Below are positions 15,076 through 23,848 of a DNA stretch of 32,000 nucleotides, piece by piece (the first letter of the stretch is position 1; each line of letters starts with the position of its first letter). The DNA lies in contig NZ_JBHSTI010000008.1 of NCBI RefSeq assembly GCF_042660085.1, positions 1,050,001 to 1,082,000 of the forward strand, in the 5' to 3' direction. Below the pieces are notes generated by a model that had not been told where the DNA came from, ran no database searches, and was given only the letters and a program-made list of their open reading frames with translations. This DNA comes from Longivirga aurantiaca. GTDB taxonomy: Bacteria > Actinomycetota > Actinomycetes > S36-B12 > CAIYMF01. Position numbers and translations under genes: made by a program.

Positions 15076-17880
15076 GTGAGCACCGTCAAGCGCAAGCTGA
15101 TCGAGGTCGCCCTGCCGCTGGAGGCCATCAACCGCGAGTCCGCGCGCGAGAAGTCCATCCGTCACGGTCACCCTTCCACCCTTCATCTCTGGTGGGCCCG
15201 ACGACCGCTTGCCGCTGCGCGGGCCGTACTATTCGCGCAACTCGTTGATGACCCCTCTGCGCGGCCGGCTGAGTTCCCCACAGACGAAGCTCAGGCCGTG
15301 GAGCGCAAACGCCTCTTCGGCATCATCGAGAGACTTGTTGACTGGGACAACATCAACGACGAATCGCTGTTCCGAGAGGCACGTCAGGAAATCCTCAGGT
15401 CAACTGGCGGTCGTCCGCCGACGATCCTTGACCCCTTCGCCGGCGGAGGTTCCATTCCCCTGGAAGCTCAGCGACTTGGCTTGGAGGCGCATGCCTCGGA
15501 TCTCAATCCAGTCGCGGTGCTGATCAACCGAGCGCTTATCGAGATCCCGCCGTTGTGGTCGGGTGTGCCCCCAGTCTTCCCTGGGGCGTCCGACTCCCGC
15601 ATGGGCGCGTGGACTGGCACTACCGGTCTCGCGGAGGATGTCCGGCGGTACGGCCAATGGATGCGCGACGAAGCGGAACGCCGGATCGGGCACCTGTACC
15701 CGAAGGCGAAACTCGGCGACGGCACTGAGGCGAATGTCATCGCCTGGATTTGGGCACGGACGATCACCTGCCCGAACCCTGCCTGCGGCATCGAGATGCC
15801 GCTGGCGCGGTCCTGGTGGCTGGGTAAGAAGAAGGGCAAGGAAGCCTTCGTCGTACCCGAGGTCGTGACGAAGAGCGATGGAACGCGCCGCGTCGAGTTC
15901 GCTATTGGCCATGACGTGCATGCTGGCCCCTCGGGCGCTGCCGATGGGACGGTGACGCGCACCGGTGCCGTCTGCGTGGCATGCGGCACCGGCGTGCCAC
16001 TCTCATACGTGCGCGACGAAGGCAAGTCTGGTCGAATCGGCACTCGACTCATGGCCATAGTTGCCGAGGGTGATCGTCGTCGCCTGTATCTCCCACCTAC
16101 GCCCGAGCAGGAATCGGCAGCGGACGTGGCCGTACCTGCGGATGTACCTGAAACGGACTTGCCCGATGCTGCCTTGGGGTTTCGCGTTCAGGGCTACGGG
16201 ATGCGACGCCACGTGGATCTGTTCACAGCGCGTCAGCTCACAGCGATGACGACTTTCAGCGACTTGATCGGCGAGGCCCGCGAGCGTGTGCTTGCTGACG
16301 CCACCGCACACGGCATGACACAAGATGATCGGAGCCTTGAGGTCGGCGGAACGGGTTCGGCCGCCTACGCCGACAGTGTTGCTGTGTACCTGGCATTGGT
16401 CCTTGGGAAGGTAGCCGATATTGGCAACGCACTTGTGAGCTGGAAGCCGAGCATGGATCAGGCGATTCATCTCTTCACCCGCCAAGCCATCCCGATGTTG
16501 TGGGACTTCTCCGAGACCCCGGTCCTCAGTGATCGACATGCCGGCGGATACACAGTGTCGTTGGGGAACGTCGCGAAGGCGATTCCTAACGTGCCGCCCG
16601 GGTCGCATCGCGGGCATGTCACCCAAGCAGATGCCGCGAAGCGTTCGTACGAATCGGTTCTAGTCGCTACCGACCCGCCCTACTACGACAACGTGGGGTA
16701 CGCGGACCTCTCCGACTTCTTCTATGTTTGGCTCCGGCGTTCCCTGCTCGGGATTCTTCCCACCACCCTTGCCACAATGCTGACTCCGAAGGCGGACGAG
16801 CTTGTGGCTGAACCCTTTCGGCATGGTGGTGCTGCCTCTGCAGAGCGCTTCTTCGAGGAGGGGTTCCGGGACGTCTTCGCTCATATTCGCAAGGACACGC
16901 CCAACGACCTCCCAATCACAGTGTTCTACGCGTTCAAGCAGTCGGACACGGATGTTGAGGGCGTCGCTAGCACGGGATGGCAGACGCTGCTCGAGGGAAT
17001 GCTCAGTTCCGGTTGGGAGGTCACTGCGACATGGCCGGTGCGAACGGAACTGGGTAACCGAATGCGGAGTATTGATTCCAATGCGTTGGCGTCCTCCATT
17101 GTTCTGGCATGTCGGCCGAGGTCGGCTTCCGCTGAGGCGGTTACACGACGTGCCTTCATCGCCAGGCTGAAGGAGGAACTCCCTGCTTCGTTGCGCGTGC
17201 TCCAGCAGGGCAGCGTGGCACCGGTGGATCTGGCGCAGGCTGCCATCGGGCCCGGCATGGCTGTGTTCTCGCGGTACACCAAGGTCGTTGAAGCGGATGG
17301 CTCCGACATGTCCGTCCGCACGGCACTTGCCCTGATCAACCAGGTTCTCGACGAAGTGCTGACGGAGCAGGAAGGTGACTTCGATGCCGACACCCGATTC
17401 TGCGTGAAGTGGTTCACCCAGTTCGGGTGGAATGAGGGCACCTCGGGCGAGGCGGATGTTCTCGCTCGCGCCACGAACACGTCCGTCGAGGGACTTGCCC
17501 GAGGCGGCGTCTTCAAGGCTGTTGCGGGGAAGGCACGGCTGTTGGGCCCAACCGACCTGGCTGAGGACTGGGACCCGATGGCGGATGATCGGGTCAGCGA
17601 TTGGGAGGTTGCGATTCGGCTGGCTAAGGCGCTTAGCGAGCAGGGTATGGAACGGGCGGCCGCACTTATGGCAACTGCTGGTGCGCGACGTGATCTGGAT
17701 ACGGTCAAGGAGCTCGCCTACCTGCTCTTCAGCCTGTCGGAGAAGAAGGGCTGGACGCAGACAGCCGTCCTGTTCAACGGCCTCGGAACCGCCTGGAACG
17801 ACGTGGAGAATGCCGCGCGAACCGCTGCCGGCCGGCAGGTTGTGGCCCAAGATGAGTTGACGTTTGACGACGAGAACTGA
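15076..17880 (+). CDS. DUF1156-type DNA methyltransferase (DPPY amino-methyltransferase, N6-A or N4-C)
   Basis: ORF 15076..17880. GTG start 16 nt after the upstream stop codon. The N-terminus KLIEVALPLEAINRESAREKSIRHGHPSTLHLWWARRPLAAARAV is characteristic of DUF1156. SAM motif I is DPFAGGGSIPLEA (aa 119-). Motif IV is TDPPYYDNVGY (aa 532-). Confidence 0.9.
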   Translation: MSTVKRKLIEVALPLEAINRESAREKSIRHGHPSTLHLWWARRPLAAARAVLFAQLVDDPSARPAEFPTDEAQAVERKRLFGIIERLVDWDNINDESLFREARQEILRSTGGRPPTILDPFAGGGSIPLEAQRLGLEAHASDLNPVAVLINRALIEIPPLWSGVPPVFPGASDSRMGAWTGTTGLAEDVRRYGQWMRDEAERRIGHLYPKAKLGDGTEANVIAWIWARTITCPNPACGIEMPLARSWWLGKKKGKEAFVVPEVVTKSDGTRRVEFAIGHDVHAGPSGAADGTVTRTGAVCVACGTGVPLSYVRDEGKSGRIGTRLMAIVAEGDRRRLYLPPTPEQESAADVAVPADVPETDLPDAALGFRVQGYGMRRHVDLFTARQLTAMTTFSDLIGEARERVLADATAHGMTQDDRSLEVGGTGSAAYADSVAVYLALVLGKVADIGNALVSWKPSMDQAIHLFTRQAIPMLWDFSETPVLSDRHAGGYTVSLGNVAKAIPNVPPGSHRGHVTQADAAKRSYESVLVATDPPYYDNVGYADLSDFFYVWLRRSLLGILPTTLATMLTPKADELVAEPFRHGGAASAERFFEEGFRDVFAHIRKDTPNDLPITVFYAFKQSDTDVEGVASTGWQTLLEGMLSSGWEVTATWPVRTELGNRMRSIDSNALASSIVLACRPRSASAEAVTRRAFIARLKEELPASLRVLQQGSVAPVDLAQAAIGPGMAVFSRYTKVVEADGSDMSVRTALALINQVLDEVLTEQEGDFDADTRFCVKWFTQFGWNEGTSGEADVLARATNTSVEGLARGGVFKAVAGKARLLGPTDLAEDWDPMADDRVSDWEVAIRLAKALSEQGMERAAALMATAGARRDLDTVKELAYLLFSLSEKKGWTQTAVLFNGLGTAWNDVENAARTAAGRQVVAQDELTFDDEN

Positions 17881-17891
17881 CGGGACAGACC

Positions 17892-20800
17892 ATGGCATTG
17901 AGTAACCGCGATCGAGTTGGTCGCGGCTTTGAGCTCCTAGCCGAAGGGCTTGAGCCTTTCGTCGACCCCCGCATGTCGCGTGCCGCTGGGACTGTGGGCG
18001 AAGACTGGGCGAAGTTGCTGGAGGCTCGTGACGCTGCCAAGCATGGGTCTCGCAAGGTTTACGAGAAGAGCGACCCGCAGGTGCTGTTGCGCGTACTCAC
18101 GGAGGAGTGGCGGGTCTTCAAGGACGAGCTCTCGAGGGCGGATCAGACTTTCGCATCCGAGCTGCGGGCGACGCGAAACGACTGGGCCCACAACAAGCCC
18201 TTCTCCGGTGATGACACCTATCGTGCTCTGGACACGATGGAGCGTCTGCTGACGGCGGTCGGAGCGGTGTCGCAGGCGGATGAAGTTCGTCGGATCCGCG
18301 CTGACCACCAACGCTCCACGTTCGAGGCGGAGACGAAGCGGCTGGTGCGGTCGCAAGAGGCGACCGTGTCGGTGGCAGGGCAGGGGCTCAAGCCGTGGCG
18401 GGAGGTGCTGGCACCTCACGCTGACGTTGCGACGGGCAACTTCTCTGCCTCAGAGTTCGCCGCCGACCTGCACATGGTGGCTTTCGCAACGGGTGACCAG
18501 ACCGTCGGCGAAGAGTATGCCGACCCGCACCAGTTCTTCCGCCGAACCTTCTTGACCGAGGGCCTGCGCGAGCTGCTGGACCGCGCAGTCAGACGCATGA
18601 GTGGTGATGCCAATGCCAGCCCCATCATCAACCTGCAGACCAACTTCGGTGGCGGTAAGACCCACTCAATGCTTGCGTTGTGGCACCTCCTCTCCGGAGC
18701 ACAGGTCGGGTCGCTGACCCAGGAGGTACAGGATCTCGTTGCAGACCGTGCCTTGCCGCCGTCGGTGCGCCGGGTCGCGCTAGTCGGCACTCACATGTCT
18801 CCCGGAGCACCGACCATCAAGGCGGATGGCACGGAGGTGCGCACGCTCTGGGGCGAGCTGGCCTGGCAGCTGGGTGGTGCCGAAGCCTTCGCACTCGTCG
18901 CCGAGGCCGACGCAACGAGCACCAATCCAGGTGACGCGCTCCGGCAGCTGATCGCGTCGTACTCGCCGTGCCTGATCCTCATTGACGAATGGGTGGCCTA
19001 CGCCCGGCAGTTGTGGGGCCGGGAAGACCTACCGGCTGGCACGTTCGACACCCAGTTCACCTTCGCGCAGTCGCTGACCGAGGTAGTCAAGACGGTGCCC
19101 GGCGCCATGCTGGTTATCTCGATCCCCGCATCTCACGACCCCGACCGCGATAGCGGATCGAGTGGTTCAGCCATCGAGGTCGGCGGTCCGAACGGCCAGG
19201 AAGCCCTGCAGCGTCTGCAGAACGTGGTTCGTCGCGTCGCTGATCAATGGCGGCCGGCCAGCTCGCAGGAGTCGTTCGAGATCGTCCGCCGGCGCCTGTT
19301 CCAGGAACCGGATGCCCAGGCGCAGTCCGACATCAGCGCTGTGGCCCGGCAGTTCACCCAGTTCTACGCCCGGCACCCGGGGGAGTTCCCGCGCGAGGTC
19401 GTTGACCCGGCGTATGAGCAGCGGATCAAGGCTGCCTACCCTCTTCACCCGGAGCTGTTCGACCGGCTGTACGAGGACTGGTCGACCCTGGAGCGGTTCC
19501 AGCGCACCCGCGGAGTTCTGCGGCTGATGAGCTCGGTTGTACACGCTCTGTGGGTAGCTCAGGACGCGTCGCCGATGGTTCTTCCGGGAACTGTGCCGCT
19601 CGACGTGCCGACGGTGACGAGCGAGATCACGCAGTACCTGCCGGACTCGTGGAAGCCGATCATCGACACGGACATCGACGGGGCAGGATCGACTCCGGCG
19701 AAGATCGATGCCGAACGTCCGACGTTCGGCCAGCGGGCGCTGACCAGGCGTCTGGCGCGTGCGATCTTCATTGGTTCAGCACCTACGCTTCGCTCGGCTC
19801 ACCGAGGTGTGGAGCGGCAGCGGATCTGGCTGGGCACGGCGGTCCCTGGCGACACCGTCGGCAACTTCGGTTCAGCGATCGACTTGCTCTCGCAGCGGGC
19901 GACGTACCTCTATGTCGAAGGTGCCAGGTTCTGGTACGACACCCAGGCGTCGGTGACGCGCACTGCCGCTGACTACGCGGACGGTCTGCGCGATCGACCC
20001 GAAGAGGTGTGGAAGGAGATCGTGGATCGCCTCCGGGCGAGCGAGGCGAGGTACCGCGGCGGCTTCGCGGGCGTTCACGTGGCCCCGGACTCGACCGCAG
20101 AGATCCCAGACAGCGAAGACGTCCGCCTGGTCGTGCTGCATCCTTCGCAGCCCCACTCTCGGGGCTCTGGCGACTCGCCGGCGATGCTGTTCGCCACCGA
20201 CGCTTTCGAGCACCGGGGGACGAGCCAGCGCACGAACCGCAACATGCTGGTGTTCTTGGCACCGGACTCCAAGCGCCTTGACGAACTGCAGGAGGCTGCT
20301 CGCGACTACCTCGCGTGGTCCTGGGTGGCCGACAGGCAGGAGGAGCTCAACCTCTCGCCTCAGCAGGTCAAGCAGGTCGAGGCAAACAGCAAGCGGTCAG
20401 ATGAGGCCGTGACTGCTCGGATTGCCCAGGCCTATCACTGGGCCTTGGTACCCGAGCAGTCCGATCCCACGCGGCCGGCCACTATCGCGGTCGAGAAGGC
20501 GGACGGCGCGAACGAGCGTCTCGCCGAGCGGGTGACGGAGAAGCTGAACCGGTTGGCGCTGCTCGCCGGCTCAGTCGCGGCCCGAACGATCCGTCTCGAC
20601 CTCGATCAGAAGCTCAAGACGGTGTGGGATCGCGGGCACCTCTCTGTCGGCGACCTGTGGTCGTACTACTGCCGGTATCCCTACCTCACACGCCTTCGCG
20701 ATCGCACGGTTCTCGACGAAGGCGTTCGGTCGACACTGACCTGGATGACGTGGGAGACCGAGGGGTTTGCGCTCGCGGACTCGTACGACGAAGCGAGTGG

Positions 20801-21233
20801 TCGCTACATCGGGTTGGTCCTGCCGGGCGGCGACTCCTACTTCGGGCAGATCACCGACTCCACCTTGCTCGTCTCCCCAGAGGTGGCGGCGCGGCAGCTC
20901 GAGGAGATCGTGCCGCCTCAGCCGGCTCCGGTGGATCCGAACGATCCCGACGACCCGAACCCTGTCGTACCGACACCCCCCGTTCCTCCCGTGGCGTCGA
21001 ACACCCGCTTCTTCGGTGTGTTCTCGGTTGATCCGGAGCGGTACGGGCGTGACTTCACGAGACTCAGCCAGGAGGTCTTGCAGCAGCTCACTGCGGTTGA
21101 CGGTGTGGAGCTGGAGATCCAGGTGGAGATTCATGCCAGGCGTGCTGACGGGTTCCCGGACGACAAGGTGAGGACGGTTCTGGAGAACGCTCGGACCCTG
21201 CGCTTCGATCAATCGTCGTTCGAGGACCAGTAG
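17892..21233 (+). CDS. DUF499-family (BrxC/PglY-like) P-loop ATPase with N-terminal Swt1-like HEPN domain
   Basis: ORF 17892..21233. ATG 11 nt after the methyltransferase stop codon. The N-terminal ~140 aa carry an R-x4-H motif (ELRATRNDWAHNKPF). Walker A: NFGGGKTHSMLALWHL. Walker B: CLILIDEW. A Pro-rich linker precedes the conserved C-terminal module. Confidence 0.88.
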   Translation: MALSNRDRVGRGFELLAEGLEPFVDPRMSRAAGTVGEDWAKLLEARDAAKHGSRKVYEKSDPQVLLRVLTEEWRVFKDELSRADQTFASELRATRNDWAHNKPFSGDDTYRALDTMERLLTAVGAVSQADEVRRIRADHQRSTFEAETKRLVRSQEATVSVAGQGLKPWREVLAPHADVATGNFSASEFAADLHMVAFATGDQTVGEEYADPHQFFRRTFLTEGLRELLDRAVRRMSGDANASPIINLQTNFGGGKTHSMLALWHLLSGAQVGSLTQEVQDLVADRALPPSVRRVALVGTHMSPGAPTIKADGTEVRTLWGELAWQLGGAEAFALVAEADATSTNPGDALRQLIASYSPCLILIDEWVAYARQLWGREDLPAGTFDTQFTFAQSLTEVVKTVPGAMLVISIPASHDPDRDSGSSGSAIEVGGPNGQEALQRLQNVVRRVADQWRPASSQESFEIVRRRLFQEPDAQAQSDISAVARQFTQFYARHPGEFPREVVDPAYEQRIKAAYPLHPELFDRLYEDWSTLERFQRTRGVLRLMSSVVHALWVAQDASPMVLPGTVPLDVPTVTSEITQYLPDSWKPIIDTDIDGAGSTPAKIDAERPTFGQRALTRRLARAIFIGSAPTLRSAHRGVERQRIWLGTAVPGDTVGNFGSAIDLLSQRATYLYVEGARFWYDTQASVTRTAADYADGLRDRPEEVWKEIVDRLRASEARYRGGFAGVHVAPDSTAEIPDSEDVRLVVLHPSQPHSRGSGDSPAMLFATDAFEHRGTSQRTNRNMLVFLAPDSKRLDELQEAARDYLAWSWVADRQEELNLSPQQVKQVEANSKRSDEAVTARIAQAYHWALVPEQSDPTRPATIAVEKADGANERLAERVTEKLNRLALLAGSVAARTIRLDLDQKLKTVWDRGHLSVGDLWSYYCRYPYLTRLRDRTVLDEGVRSTLTWMTWETEGFALADSYDEASGRYIGLVLPGGDSYFGQITDSTLLVSPEVAARQLEEIVPPQPAPVDPNDPDDPNPVVPTPPVPPVASNTRFFGVFSVDPERYGRDFTRLSQEVLQQLTAVDGVELEIQVEIHARRADGFPDDKVRTVLENARTLRFDQSSFEDQ

Positions 21234-21238
21234 GCGCG

Positions 21239-23416
21239 TTGCCCGAGAACGCGGTAACGCGCGAGGAGCTCAGGTCGCTCCTGGCGCGCGCACAGATGCT
21301 TGCCGCTCAGGCGGAGTCGATCACGTCCACCAGTGCGGGGTCCTCTCGCGAAGTCGCGGACGGCTATCGGGCTGTCGTCGCACGCATGGTGGCTCGTGAG
21401 CTCGGCTCGATACCTGTGGCGAGACTCAGGGATGTCACGGAGGGTCGGCTGCGTCTGGGGCCGATCGAGTCGCGCTACAAGACGGTCGCTCAGCTGCAGA
21501 ATGTGTCCGCCTACACCCTCATGCAACTTCCTGGCGTCGGCGAGGCTACTGCTAGTCAGGTTGTAGCGGCCGTCCACACGGTGGCTCGCACGGTGGAGGA
21601 CGGGTTCCGGCTGCGCATCGACCTGGACGCGAGCGACCCAGTCACGACCGATCTGTTGCGTTCGACGTGGCGCTACGACTCGGTGACGCGGGCGGTGGCC
21701 CCGGTTAGGGAGCCGGCCGGGCGGATGAGCAACGAACTCGAACGTCTCGCCGTCGAGGCGAAGCCGGCTGGCTACGGCGCACTGCGCAGCTTGTTCACCA
21801 GCCGTGCGAAGAAGGACGGCGCCCGCGCCGCGGTGGAGCGCATCGAGCAGTGGATGCGGTGGAGCGACAGCCCTGCTAACGCAGCCGCGTGGACAGGAGC
21901 CATTGCCGCGATCCAGGCTCCGACACCTTCGGCTGCCGACGCTTGGAGAGCCTTCGAGACGCGATCGCCGGAGTTCTACGGCGCCTTGGGTGAGGTGGTC
22001 GATCTCCGGCTCGACGTCGGCTCGGCACAGGGCTTCTTGCCAGCGGAGATCGTCGCGAAGGTGGAGGAGCAGCTGCTCGATACGTCGATGCTCAAGGTGA
22101 GTCTGCGCGGCTACCAGTCGTTCGGCGCGCGCTTCGCGCTGGTCCAGAGGAAGGTGATCATCGGCGACGAGATGGGTCTCGGCAAGACGATCCAGGCGCT
22201 GGCCGTCATGACGCATCTTGCTTCGTCCGGCAAGGCGCACTTCCTCGTCGTGTGCCCTGCCAGCGTCCTGGTGAACTGGATCCGCGAGATCCGTACCCGA
22301 TCCGATCTTCAGGCCTACCAGTTGCATGGCCCGGACACGGCGCGTCAGCAGGGCCTGTGGACGCAGCGAGGTGGCGTGGCGGTCACCACGTTCGAGGGCC
22401 TGCGGCGGCTGTCGCTGCGTGAAGTTCCCCTGCTGGTCGTCGATGAGGCCCACTTCGTGAAGAACCCGACGGCGCAGCGCTCCCAGCTGGTCGCCTCCTG
22501 GATCGCGGGCGCAGAGCGAACGCTGTTCCTGACCGGTACTCCGATGGAGAACCGGGTCGAGGAGTTCCAGAACCTCGTCCGCTACCTGCAACCTCAAGTC
22601 GCGAACAGGGTGAATCCGTCGCACGGGCTGGCGGGAGCTGACGCCTTCCGCCGGGCGGTCGCGCCGGTCTACTTGCGCCGCAATCAGGACGACGTGCTCA
22701 TGGAGCTCCCCGACCTGATGTCGGTGGAGGAATGGGAGTCCTTCGGGCCGTCGGAAGCTGCTTCCTACCGGGATGCCGTCATGGGTGGCAACTTCATGGC
22801 GATGCGCCGAGCTGCCTTCGACGCGGTGCCGGTCACCGCGGCGACCAAGATGGCACGGCTGCTCGAGCTGTGCGACGAAGCGGCCGCGAACGGGCACAAG
22901 GTCCTCGTCTTCTCCTTCTTCCGCGACGTGCTGGACAAGGTGGCCGAGTCACTCGGGTCGCGAGCGCACGGACCATTGACGGGGAGCGTGCCGGCGGCGA
23001 AGCGCCAGGCGGTTGTCGATGGTTTCACCGCGGCCTCATCGGATGCGGTCCTTGTCGCGCAGATCCAGGCCGGTGGAGTCGGGCTCAACGTCCAGGCAGC
23101 GAACATCGTGATTCTGTGCGAGCCGCAAGTGAAGCCCTCGGCGGAGGCGCAAGCCATCGCGCGCGCGCACCGCATGGGTCAGGTCAGGAAGGTCCAGGTG
23201 CACCGTCTCCTTGTCGAGAACAGCGTCGACCAGCGAATGCTGGAGATCCTCGGAGCGAAGCAGGCGTTGTTCGACGAGTACGCGGCCAAGAGCGATCTGG
23301 CATCCGCCACCCCCGACGCGGTCGACATCTCCGAGACCGAGCTCGCGAAGACCATCGTCGCGGCAGAGCAGGAGCGCCTTGCTCGCGAGCTCATGGAGCA
23401 GCAGGCTTTGCAGTGA
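21239..23416 (+). CDS. Second SNF2-family helicase with helix-hairpin-helix-containing N-terminal region
   Basis: ORF 21239..23416. TTG start 5 nt after the upstream stop codon. Motifs: I IGDEMGLGKTIQAL, II LVVDEAHFVKN, III LFLTGTPMENR, V AGGVGLNVQ, VI AQAIARAHRMGQ. The N-terminal ~290 aa include LMQLPGVGEATASQVVAAV (HhH-like). Confidence 0.9.
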   Translation: MPENAVTREELRSLLARAQMLAAQAESITSTSAGSSREVADGYRAVVARMVARELGSIPVARLRDVTEGRLRLGPIESRYKTVAQLQNVSAYTLMQLPGVGEATASQVVAAVHTVARTVEDGFRLRIDLDASDPVTTDLLRSTWRYDSVTRAVAPVREPAGRMSNELERLAVEAKPAGYGALRSLFTSRAKKDGARAAVERIEQWMRWSDSPANAAAWTGAIAAIQAPTPSAADAWRAFETRSPEFYGALGEVVDLRLDVGSAQGFLPAEIVAKVEEQLLDTSMLKVSLRGYQSFGARFALVQRKVIIGDEMGLGKTIQALAVMTHLASSGKAHFLVVCPASVLVNWIREIRTRSDLQAYQLHGPDTARQQGLWTQRGGVAVTTFEGLRRLSLREVPLLVVDEAHFVKNPTAQRSQLVASWIAGAERTLFLTGTPMENRVEEFQNLVRYLQPQVANRVNPSHGLAGADAFRRAVAPVYLRRNQDDVLMELPDLMSVEEWESFGPSEAASYRDAVMGGNFMAMRRAAFDAVPVTAATKMARLLELCDEAAANGHKVLVFSFFRDVLDKVAESLGSRAHGPLTGSVPAAKRQAVVDGFTAASSDAVLVAQIQAGGVGLNVQAANIVILCEPQVKPSAEAQAIARAHRMGQVRKVQVHRLLVENSVDQRMLEILGAKQALFDEYAAKSDLASATPDAVDISETELAKTIVAAEQERLARELMEQQALQ

Positions 23417-23425
23417 CCCGCCGCA

Positions 23426-23848
23426 CTAGGGCGTCAAGTCTGCGTTGGCGGCTTTGGTCAGCCTGATGGGTCGTCCGCCCGCGACGGTGACTAGGCCTCG
23501 CCGGACCAGCGCCGGAAGAACCAGTTCACGATCAGGGCCGGACAGTGAACGGCGCACGTCCTCTCCGAGTTGTATCCGCCGCAGAAGCCGAGCCTGAGCC
23601 GTGGTGAGCTCCGAGGCTTCCGGCTCGTCCGCAGTGCCCGCGATCGTCACCTCAGCAAGCAGGTCCCGGGGGTGAACTCCCAACGCTTCGCACATGTGGG
23701 CGAGGTGTCGCAGCGTCAGGTTTCCGTCATCCCCGCCAGCTTCGATGCGCCGGATGACCTGGAAGTTGACGCCTGTGAAGTACGCGAGCCGGCGCTGTGA
23801 GAGTCCCCGCTCGGTGCGCAGCCGGGCCACCAGTTCCGCGTTGATCAT
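23426..23848 (-). CDS. XRE-family helix-turn-helix protein
   Basis: ORF 23426..23848(-). N-terminus: LVARLRTERGLSQRRLAYFTGVNFQVIRRIEAG (HTH_3 pattern). Its start overlaps the upstream stop codon (ATGA). Confidence 0.8.
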   Translation of the reverse strand: MINAELVARLRTERGLSQRRLAYFTGVNFQVIRRIEAGGDDGNLTLRHLAHMCEALGVHPRDLLAEVTIAGTADEPEASELTTAQARLLRRIQLGEDVRRSLSGPDRELVLPALVRRGLVTVAGGRPIRLTKAANADLTP

